From: an uncultured Collinsella sp.
GTDB lineage: Bacteria; Actinomycetota; Coriobacteriia; Coriobacteriales; Coriobacteriaceae
Assembly (NCBI GenBank): GCA_902470095.1
Contig: CABRFG010000001.1
Coordinates: 17,235-81,234, forward strand
DNA length: 64,000 nucleotides
Direction of reading: 5' to 3'
This document shows positions 18,282 to 25,883 of the stretch, one piece after another. The notes below the pieces were generated by a model that was not told the origin of the DNA, searched no databases, and saw only the letters and a list, made by a program, of their open reading frames with translations. The position numbers were made by a program, and so were the translations under genes. Within the stretch, counting starts at the first letter, position 1. Each line of letters starts with the position of its first letter.

Positions 18282-18953
18282 CTATTTCCGATAGTCGAAA
18301 TCAACCGTATATTCATCGCCAAATGCCGAGTTGAACATCGCGCGGATATTTGCTTCGGCGTTCACCCGAGCCTCTTCGAGCAGGTCGCCATCCTTGATGG
18401 CCTCGCTTTCACTCCGCTCCTTGCACTGCGCTTCAAACGCCGTGACGTCTTTGACCTCAATGGGATTGAGGATGTTGTTGCGCTCCTCGAGAGCCCCCGA
18501 TTTCTTCATATCCGGCGTGTTTGAGATTACATAAGGCTCATCCATCGTAATGGTCAGCTTCTTCTTGTTTGTATGTATCTCTGCCGTCTCGAGATTCACG
18601 CCCGCCTTAATGGTTCCAACATAGCGATACCAAAAACTGTTTTCTGTAAACGGGATATCAAACCAATCGAAAAACCTCTTGGTATCTGTCACCTTATCGA
18701 TAATCGTATAGTTCTGCGATGCAGAAACCATCTCATTCTGGGAAGCGATACGTTCAAACACGACCGACGGGGAGAGCGTATTGGGGGTCGTTTCTTTTGC
18801 ACCCGCAGCTTTGCCGTTATTAAAGATGCTAATAAAAAGTACAGCTACAATCAGCCCGCCAAGCGCTAAGCCCGCGATGAATACCTTGGGTTTCGTCAGA
18901 ATTCTCCCGAGTTTCGCTTTCAGCGTCCCCACGCCTTCCTCTATCTCATCCAT
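18282..18953 (-). CDS. DUF4230-like membrane-anchored protein
   Basis: It has an N-terminal TM (VFIAGLALGGLIVAVLFISIF). The pattern YVGTIKAGVNLETAEIHTNKKKLTITMDEPYVISNTPDM ... NPIEVKDV resembles the DUF4230 family as I remember it. Confidence 0.6.
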   Translation of the reverse strand: MDEIEEGVGTLKAKLGRILTKPKVFIAGLALGGLIVAVLFISIFNNGKAAGAKETTPNTLSPSVVFERIASQNEMVSASQNYTIIDKVTDTKRFFDWFDIPFTENSFWYRYVGTIKAGVNLETAEIHTNKKKLTITMDEPYVISNTPDMKKSGALEERNNILNPIEVKDVTAFEAQCKERSESEAIKDGDLLEEARVNAEANIRAMFNSAFGDEYTVDFDYRK

Positions 18954-19167
18954 CCCCTATTCCTTTCAAAATCCCTGTTATTTAAGAAACTGCCGTGGGT
19001 TATACCTCATGCCTTAATTGTCGTTTTCGGCATGTCTTTAGACGAGGGCAGTTGTTTGCAATCCGAAATAATACACATTCGTTCGCAGCACTTGTTGTTC
19101 AATAATTGGCATAAAACGGGCAGGTCAACCATTCATTGCCGATTAACCCGCCCCTACCGTGCAGAAC

Positions 19168-19983
19168 TTATTTATTTACATCGTAGCTGGAAACAGATGC
19201 GACAACGCGCGCAGCGTCAACATCGGACATTGCCTCGAACTTGACTTTCTCACCCGGCGCCCACGAAGAGGTGTCCGCATAGGTCTCCTCCGCTTTGATG
19301 TCATCTGCATCATAGAGAGCAAGTGTCAGGCTGACGTTAGAGAACGATATACCAGAAGTGTTCTCAACTACCGCCGTATACGTATACAGACCGTAACCGT
19401 CATCCGATTTTTCGAAATTTGCTCCCTGAATCAAACTGTTGATGGCATCCTCATAGCGGGTCTTCTCTGCTACGGACTTTCCATTCTTAATTAAGTCGTT
19501 GAAATCATCCTTATATTTTTCCCCTACTTCCAGCCCGTAATTATCAACAAGCTTCTTGAGTTGCGCAGACCGCTTATCGTAGACTTTATTCCACTCTTCG
19601 TAATAATCCGCAGACGATTGCGAGTAGTCCTCGGTCACCTTAAGCTGGTCATCAAGCAGATTCAGATACGTGATTACGTCCTGTTGCATCTTGGAATCCT
19701 TAAACCTAGCGTTCTTGAGTTCCTTGTCGTTCTTGATTTCGGCCTCAATAGCTTCCTGGATATTCTCGGTTGAATGAGGATCATCATCGTTTGCATTAGA
19801 TTCAATGACGTCGGACCTTCTCTCAAACCCGGCGGCGATAACATTCATCGCCTTATCGTCGACATATTTCGACTTTGCAGCGTTTGCATCATTCTGTGAA
19901 CAGGCCGAAATGAACCCCAGAGAACAGATGAGCAGAACAAGCAAACCCATCATGGGCATCTTTTTAGTAATATTTCGTTTCAT
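19168..19983 (-). CDS. lipoprotein with FxLYD-like C-terminal domain
   Basis: It has a signal peptide plus lipobox (LLICSLGFISAC). The C-terminus reads YTYTAVVENTSGISFSNVSLTLALYDADD ... PGEKVKFEA. Codon usage is AT-rich. A hairpin plus T-run downstream (about 19120..19165 on the minus strand) suggests its own terminator. Confidence 0.65.
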   Translation of the reverse strand: MKRNITKKMPMMGLLVLLICSLGFISACSQNDANAAKSKYVDDKAMNVIAAGFERRSDVIESNANDDDPHSTENIQEAIEAEIKNDKELKNARFKDSKMQQDVITYLNLLDDQLKVTEDYSQSSADYYEEWNKVYDKRSAQLKKLVDNYGLEVGEKYKDDFNDLIKNGKSVAEKTRYEDAINSLIQGANFEKSDDGYGLYTYTAVVENTSGISFSNVSLTLALYDADDIKAEETYADTSSWAPGEKVKFEAMSDVDAARVVASVSSYDVNK

Positions 19984-20144
19984 GACTATTTCCCTTCGAT
20001 TGACGTTGCAACTTATAGCCCCTCGTCAAATAGCAGACGAATTGGCGACGCGGTGGCACTATTTGATTCAAGGGCGTGAACTGGATAAACATCGAGGGAA
20101 GGAGTGGGCCCTGTGCAATAAACTCCCCTCGTCAAAATGTCTAG

Positions 20145-20780
20145 CTAAAGAGGACGGGCAGACGGCGAACGGTCATATCCGTTCGCGTCCGCCCGTCTCC
20201 AACGATCAAACGTCGATGCGCTAACGTTCAAAAGCATTGCGGCCTCTTGCCTCGTAACCTCACCTCCTTCGAATGATTTGATGACATCGCGGTAGCTATC
20301 CGGACGTTCGAGCGTCGGTCTCCCAAATCTCACACCCCGCAGACGCGCCGACGCGATACCCTCCGCCTGGCGCTGTTTTATGTTTTCACGCTCCACCTGA
20401 GCCACGTAGCTCAAAACCTGAAGCACTAGGTCGGCAATAAAAGTCCCCGTAATTCCATTGGGTTGTTCGCGTGTATCAAGCAATGGCATATCGAGCACCA
20501 CGATGGCAACGCGTTTGTCCGTCGTTAGGCGACGCCATTCATCGAGAACTTCACGGTAGTCGCGACCCAATCGGTCGATACTCTTAATCACAAGAACGTC
20601 CCCTTCGCGCAGACGACGAAGAAGACGCTGGTACTGAGGACGTCTGAAGTCCTTTCCACTCGCTTTGTCAGCATAGATCAAATTCGTTTGGACCGGAAAC
20701 CGCTCCAGCGCATCCAGTTGGCGATCCAGGTTCTGATCTGCTGACGAAACTCGAGCATACCCATAGATTCTGTTTTTCAT
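20145..20780 (-). CDS. small serine recombinase (resolvase/invertase family)
   Basis: Trimmed to the ATG at 20780. The translation MKNRIYGYARVSSADQNLDRQ ... SIDRLGRD has the catalytic Ser motif. The C-terminus has an HTH (TRQEAAMLLNVSASTFDRWRR). Confidence 0.85.
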   Translation of the reverse strand: MKNRIYGYARVSSADQNLDRQLDALERFPVQTNLIYADKASGKDFRRPQYQRLLRRLREGDVLVIKSIDRLGRDYREVLDEWRRLTTDKRVAIVVLDMPLLDTREQPNGITGTFIADLVLQVLSYVAQVERENIKQRQAEGIASARLRGVRFGRPTLERPDSYRDVIKSFEGGEVTRQEAAMLLNVSASTFDRWRRADANGYDRSPSARPL

Positions 20781-21017
20781 GATTGCCCCTATCAGCCGCA
20801 CGATGGCAGCTTCAGCTCATCTGAGAGCCCACTCACAATAGGGCGTGCAAATTTCGCGAATGGGTCGAACCCATTTTCGAGCTCCAACGTAAGCTATTCA
20901 AGCACCGCTTCGATAACGCACGACGCCAGCCTTATGCTTTGAAATGAAATTAATCGTTTTTAATTGAGATTAACTAGAATAAAATGAAATTAACCCGAGA
21001 CGCTAAAGGAGGGCATT

Positions 21018-22118
21018 GTGGAATACCTCGAAAACCCGTTTACCCCTAGTTTTGGCGAAGTTCCTGCCCATCTCGCTGGCAGACAACAGATTATTCGGGA
21101 TCTGGACCGTGCCTTCTTGAGCCAGCGCAGGCGCCCAGAATTGACCTCGATCTTCTCAGGCGCGCGTGGAACCGGTAAAACCGCTCTCATGTCGTCGCTC
21201 GCGACAAGGGCGGAATCCCACGGCTGGATTGCCGTAAAGACAACCGCGCTCCCGGGAATGCTTGAGGAAATCGAGCTCGGGGCGAAACGTACTGCCGGCC
21301 ATCTTATCGACCTGTCCAACCACTTCGAAGTCACCGGTCTCGGAATTGCACCGCTCGGCAGCATCGAGGTCAGTCGCGTTCACGATGCCTCAACCTGGCG
21401 TTATCGCATGAGCGACATCATCGACCAGCTCAACGAGGCGGGCACCGGTCTGCTCGTCACGGTTGACGAGGTGGACCCGACACTCGACGAGATGATTCAG
21501 CTTGCAGCGACGTATCAGCACTTTGTGACCGATGGGAAACGCGTCGCCCTGCTCATGGCGGGACTTCCCAACAACGTCTCGACGTTGCTGAACCACAAGA
21601 CGGTCTCGTTCCTTCGCCGCGCCCAACAATATCATCTGGGTCGCATTGCCGACTATGACGTGCGCGAGGCCTTGATTCGCACAATCCAGGAAAACGATCG
21701 CCTGGCAGATGCTGGGGGAATCGATAGAGCCGTTCGCTCGATCTCTGGTTTTCCCTTCCTATTGCAACTCGTAGGCTACCGTGCCTGGGATCTCACAAGC
21801 GATTCGAAGGAAATCTCGTCACGCGACTTTGACCTGGGAATCAAAATCGCGCGCGACGAGATGGACGACCGAATCCTCGCGGCAACCTATCGGGAGCTCA
21901 CTGCAGAGGACAAGCGATTCCTCATCGCCATGCTCGATGACGAGGAAGAGTCCACCACCGCTGACCTTGTCGAGCGCCTTAAGCGTTCGCCGCAGCAGGT
22001 CTCCCGCTACCGACGCCGCATGATAGATGCCGGCATCATCGGGGAACGAGGACGAGGGCTCGTCGCATTTGAATTGCCATTCTTCCGCGACTACCTCGCG
22101 GCTCAATGCGTGAAATAG
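21018..22118 (+). CDS. P-loop ATPase with C-terminal winged-helix domain (orphan ATP-binding protein family)
   Basis: The GTG at 21018 follows AAGGAGGG. Walker A is GARGTGKT and Walker B is LLVTVDEVD. The C-terminus reads LTAEDKRFLIAMLDD ... TTADLVERLKRSPQQVSRYRRRMIDAGII. It is a paralog of 24665..25783; shared blocks include VSFLRRAQQ and LQLVGY. Confidence 0.75.
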   Translation: MEYLENPFTPSFGEVPAHLAGRQQIIRDLDRAFLSQRRRPELTSIFSGARGTGKTALMSSLATRAESHGWIAVKTTALPGMLEEIELGAKRTAGHLIDLSNHFEVTGLGIAPLGSIEVSRVHDASTWRYRMSDIIDQLNEAGTGLLVTVDEVDPTLDEMIQLAATYQHFVTDGKRVALLMAGLPNNVSTLLNHKTVSFLRRAQQYHLGRIADYDVREALIRTIQENDRLADAGGIDRAVRSISGFPFLLQLVGYRAWDLTSDSKEISSRDFDLGIKIARDEMDDRILAATYRELTAEDKRFLIAMLDDEEESTTADLVERLKRSPQQVSRYRRRMIDAGIIGERGRGLVAFELPFFRDYLAAQCVK

Positions 22119-22122
22119 GCAT

Positions 22123-22157
22123 CAATGAGGCAAAGGGGCTGTCCCTTTGCCTCATTG
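22123..22157. terminator. 15-bp-stem palindrome, CAAAGGG-N5-CCCTTTG family
   Basis: The sequence is CAATGAGGCAAAGGG GCTGT CCCTTTGCCTCATTG, between the convergent ATPase and the UvrA paralog. Read on the opposite strand, its 23-nt core differs by one base from the copy at 17158..17192. Confidence 0.65.
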
Positions 22158-22158
22158 T

Positions 22159-24639
22159 CTATAGGTAGCGGCCGGTAATGCTTGCGGAGCAGGCCGCGAT
22201 GTCGCCCGGCGTACCGGAGCAGACGATTTGCCCGCCCGCATCGCCACCGCCCGGGCCCATGTCGACCACGTAATCGGCATTGCGGATAAGGTCGAGATCG
22301 TGTTCGATCACGATGACTGTGGCGCCCTTGGCAACGAGACCGTCAAACACGTTCAATAGCACCTGAACATCGAGCGGATGCAGGCCGATCGTGGGCTCGT
22401 CGAATACGAATACGGCATCGTCCTGCACGCGGCCCATCTCGCTCGCAAGCTTAAGACGCTGTGCCTCGCCGCCCGAGAGCGCCGGCGTGGGCTCGCCAAG
22501 TGTGAGATAGCCCAGGCCCAGGTCATGCAAGGTCTGCAAGCGCGTCTGAACCTTCTTGAGTCCCAGTGTGGCGTCGAGGGCCTCGTCCACACTCATGTCC
22601 ATGAGCTGCGGCAACGTAAGCAGACTCCCGTCCTTGCCCTCACGATGGATATGCGAAGCCGCGTCCGCATAACGCGAACCGCGACATGCCGGGCAGACGA
22701 TCTCGACGTCGGGCAAAAACTGCACGTCGAGCGATATCGAGCCCGTGCCGTCGCACGTAGGGCAGCGCAAGGCGCCGGTGTTGTAGCTAAAGGCGCCCGC
22801 CTTGTAGCCAGCTGCCTTAGCCTCGGGCGTACGGGCAAAGGCGCGGCGCAGCTCGTCATGGATGTCGGCATAAGTTGCCACCGTCGAGCGAACAGTGGCG
22901 CCAATGGGCGTAGCGTCAATCAGGTTGGCGCGGGCAATGCCCTCGGCATCGACCCAACGCACGTGCCCCGGCAGACGCTCGCCAGCTGCCTGCGCCTTAA
23001 GCGCCGGGATGAGCGTCTCGAGCACCAACGTCGTCTTACCCGAACCCGAAACACCCGTCACCGCGACCAAGCGGCCGCGCGGGATATCGACTTCGAGCGG
23101 TTTGACGGTATGGATGGTATCGGTCGCCATGCGGATGTGGCCCTGGTCGAACATTTCGTCGTCAGCCACCTGTGAACGCAAGCGCTTGGGCTCGGCACGC
23201 AAAAACGAAGCGATGCGGCTGTCCCGCGCTTGCTCGACCTCGTCTACCGTGCCTGCAGCGATCACGTTACCGCCGCCTGCTCCGGCAACGGGGCCCATCT
23301 CGACCAGATAGTCGGCTTCCGCCAGTACGCGCGTATCGTGGTCGACAACAACCACGGTGTTGCCGTCATCCACCAAATCGCGCATCACGCCCACCAAGCC
23401 GTCGACATTGGCGGGATGCAAGCCGATCGAAGGCTCGTCCAGCACATAAAGCACGCCCGTCGACCGGTTGCGCACCACGCGGGCGAGCTGCACACGCTGG
23501 CGCTCACCCGTGGAAAGCGTGGCACCGGCGCGGTCGAGTGAAAGGTAATCGAGACCCAGGTCGACCAGACGGCGAGCCGCGCCCAAAAACGAATCGCAGA
23601 TATCCGTCGACATGGGCTGCATCTCGGGCGGCAAGGATGCGGGCACCCCGCGCACCCACTCAATCGCCTCGCCCAGCGTCATGGCCGCCGCCTGTGTCAG
23701 ATTGATACCGCGCACTTGGGGCTGGCGCGCAGCCTCGGAGAGACGCGTGCCGCCGCAATCACGGCATGTTCCCTCGCGCAAAAAGCGCGCAACGCGTTTT
23801 AAGCCCTTATCGTCCTTGACCTTGGCGAGCGCATTCTCGACGGTATAGACGGCGTTGTAATAGGTGAAGTCGAGCGGCGTGGCGCCCTCACCGTTTTTGG
23901 GAACGTAGAGAATGTGCTTCTTAACCGCTGGACCATGAAACACGATGTCGCGCTCTTGAGGCGTGAGCTGGTTAAACGGCACGTCGGTACGCACGCCCAT
24001 CTCGCCTGCCACCTGCTTCATCAGATCCCACATGAGCGTGCCCCAGGGAAGGACTGCGCCCTCGTTGATGGTCTTTGACTCGTCGGGCACCAGGCTCGCC
24101 TCGTCCACCTCGCGCATAACGCCGGTGCCGCCACAGGTGGGGCATGCGCCGCCGCTATTGAAAGCCAAATCCTCGGCACTCGGCGCGTAGAACTCGCGGC
24201 CGCATGTCGGACACGTGAGCGACAGGCCCGCAGCTACGTTAAGGCTCGGTTCCACACGCGCCCCGCAATGCGGGCACACGTGATGGGCGCAACGGCTAAA
24301 GAGCAGACGCAGGCTGTTGTTGAGCTCGGTCATGGTACCAAAGGTCGAGCGCACGCCCGGCACGCTCGGACGCTGGTGCAGCGCGAGCGCCGCCGGCACG
24401 TGCAAGACCTCATCCACCTGGGCATGTTCGGCCTGCGTCAGACGACGGCGGGTATAGGTGCTGAGCGCCTCCAGATAGCGGCGCGAGCCCTCGGCATAAA
24501 GAACCCCCAGCGCCAGCGAGCTCTTGCCCGAACCCGACACGCCGGCAATACCCACGAGCTTTCCCAGCGGAATATCGATATCGATGTCCTTGAGGTTGTG
24601 TACACGCGCTCCACGCACTTCGATAGCCTGCGGGCTCAT
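22159..24639 (-). CDS. UvrA-family ABC ATPase paralog lacking the UvrB-binding insert (class II/UvrA2-like)
   Basis: Trimmed to the ATG at 24639 (MSPQAIEVRGARVHNLKDIDIDIP). It has two Walker A motifs (GVSGSGKSS, GVSGSGKTT), signatures LSTGERQR and LSGGEAQR, and CxxC zinc modules. Only about 40-45 aa separate CPHCG from ACPTCGG, where canonical UvrA carries a domain of about 150 aa. The protein is 826 aa. Confidence 0.85.
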   Translation of the reverse strand: MSPQAIEVRGARVHNLKDIDIDIPLGKLVGIAGVSGSGKSSLALGVLYAEGSRRYLEALSTYTRRRLTQAEHAQVDEVLHVPAALALHQRPSVPGVRSTFGTMTELNNSLRLLFSRCAHHVCPHCGARVEPSLNVAAGLSLTCPTCGREFYAPSAEDLAFNSGGACPTCGGTGVMREVDEASLVPDESKTINEGAVLPWGTLMWDLMKQVAGEMGVRTDVPFNQLTPQERDIVFHGPAVKKHILYVPKNGEGATPLDFTYYNAVYTVENALAKVKDDKGLKRVARFLREGTCRDCGGTRLSEAARQPQVRGINLTQAAAMTLGEAIEWVRGVPASLPPEMQPMSTDICDSFLGAARRLVDLGLDYLSLDRAGATLSTGERQRVQLARVVRNRSTGVLYVLDEPSIGLHPANVDGLVGVMRDLVDDGNTVVVVDHDTRVLAEADYLVEMGPVAGAGGGNVIAAGTVDEVEQARDSRIASFLRAEPKRLRSQVADDEMFDQGHIRMATDTIHTVKPLEVDIPRGRLVAVTGVSGSGKTTLVLETLIPALKAQAAGERLPGHVRWVDAEGIARANLIDATPIGATVRSTVATYADIHDELRRAFARTPEAKAAGYKAGAFSYNTGALRCPTCDGTGSISLDVQFLPDVEIVCPACRGSRYADAASHIHREGKDGSLLTLPQLMDMSVDEALDATLGLKKVQTRLQTLHDLGLGYLTLGEPTPALSGGEAQRLKLASEMGRVQDDAVFVFDEPTIGLHPLDVQVLLNVFDGLVAKGATVIVIEHDLDLIRNADYVVDMGPGGGDAGGQIVCSGTPGDIAACSASITGRYL

Positions 24640-24664
24640 CTTCTGTTCTGTCACCTTTATCACC

Positions 24665-25783
24665 CTACTCGTGCCATAAAATGCGATCGCTAATGTACGC
24701 GCCCAGCATGGGCACGGTAAACCGGACGAGGCCGTATCCGGCAGCCTCGATGACACGCTCGCGAATCAGGCTTGCACGATATTTACTCGCCCAGCTCTGA
24801 GTGCGATCGCAGCGCTCAATGATATCCGCCATGCGCGTCGGCTTGCCCTCGTCAGCAGCCATGGCCTCGATAAAGAGGCGCTGTGGACTGCGCAGCCCGT
24901 AATACAGAGGCGCATCGACCGCTTCGTAGAACTCGGAGACGGCATCGGCGTAGCCAGCCTCGACATCGCACACTTCAATGACCTGAGAGCCATGCCGGAC
25001 AGCAGCCCGCCACATGTAATATCCCACCAGCTGAACCATATAGGGATGCCCCATGCTCTTGCGTGCCGCAAGGTCCGCCGTCTCCGCGTCAACGCAAAGG
25101 CTAGAGTCTTTAACCGTCTGGATATATGAATCGCGCACCTTGGGCAAAGATATCGCCCCCAGCGTACGCTGCTGGGCACGCCGCAAAAACGTCACGCTCG
25201 GCTCTTCGAGCAGATTGTCAACCATACTGGGTAAGCCGGCGAACACCAGCGCAAGACCGCGCTGGTCGCTATCGGACAAGCCCGTGGCATCCTGATCTCC
25301 GAGCACCTGCTGATAGAGAACGGCAAGAGCCGCCAGCTCCTCGATAGACGCAGATTGAGCCTCGTCAATCGCAAACAGTATGCCCTTGCCTGGACCGAGC
25401 TTCTTGAGGCGCTCGTTGACCAGCCCTCGCAACGTCTCACCCTTTGTTCGCGCCGCCTCGACCGACATCCGGCCAAATGACGGCCCGAACTCCATTGACG
25501 TCACAACGGATTTATTCGAGCGAAGCGCGTCGGCCAGGCGGTCGCATAGGCCAAGCGAGGCGGAATCGGAGACAACCGCCCATCCACGCTCATTGGCTAG
25601 ACGTTGCAGCTCCCGCAGGAGAACCGTCTTGCCGCAGCCGCGGTTTCCCGTAATGAGCATGAGCCTGCCCGGCGCTCCAGCGCCGTTATCGAGCCCTTCC
25701 TCGAAATCTTCGATGACCGACTCGCGACCAATGAGCATCGGAGGCCGCTTGCCTGCCGTCGGCTTAAAGGGATTTGGATTCAT
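24665..25783 (-). CDS. P-loop ATPase with C-terminal winged-helix domain (paralog of 21018..22118)
   Basis: The ATG at 25783 is 6 nt after GAGGAGG. Walker A is GNRGCGKT and Walker B is ILFAIDEAQ. The blocks VTFLRRAQQ and VQLVGYY are shared with the paralog. Its stop is 25 nt upstream of the UvrA-paralog start. Confidence 0.75.
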   Translation of the reverse strand: MNPNPFKPTAGKRPPMLIGRESVIEDFEEGLDNGAGAPGRLMLITGNRGCGKTVLLRELQRLANERGWAVVSDSASLGLCDRLADALRSNKSVVTSMEFGPSFGRMSVEAARTKGETLRGLVNERLKKLGPGKGILFAIDEAQSASIEELAALAVLYQQVLGDQDATGLSDSDQRGLALVFAGLPSMVDNLLEEPSVTFLRRAQQRTLGAISLPKVRDSYIQTVKDSSLCVDAETADLAARKSMGHPYMVQLVGYYMWRAAVRHGSQVIEVCDVEAGYADAVSEFYEAVDAPLYYGLRSPQRLFIEAMAADEGKPTRMADIIERCDRTQSWASKYRASLIRERVIEAAGYGLVRFTVPMLGAYISDRILWHE

Positions 25784-25814
25784 GTCGGCCTCCTCGGATT
25801 GGCAAACCCCGGTA

Positions 25815-25850
25815 ATAGTTATACCAACTTATACCGAGTTATACCAATAG
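25815..25850 (-). promoter_or_regulatory. three helically phased GGTATAA repeats in the promoter region of the ATPase-UvrA operon
   Basis: TTATACC occurs on the plus strand at 25819, 25829 and 25839, exactly 10 bp apart and 36-62 nt upstream of the ATG at 25783. On the coding strand each reads (T/C)GGTATAA(C/G), which resembles an extended -10 element. Confidence 0.35.
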
Positions 25851-25883
25851 CATGTAACAAAGGAACTGCCCCTTTGTCACATG
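25851..25883. terminator. imperfect palindrome of the CAAAGG..CCTTTG family after the GTPase pseudogene
   Basis: The sequence is CATGTAACAAAGG AACTGCC CCTTTGTCACATG, with one mismatch in the stem. Confidence 0.5.

Larger units (their letters stand above)
17193..21000. mobile_element. AT-richer islet carrying a small serine recombinase and three uncharacterised genes (putative horizontally acquired cassette)
   Basis: Hand counts of two 60-nt lines near 19.4-19.6 kb give 27/60 and 23/60 G+C, and the flanking genes look clearly G+C-richer by eye. All four genes are co-directional. A resolvase/invertase-type recombinase sits at the upstream end. No att-like direct repeats were identified. Confidence 0.4.
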
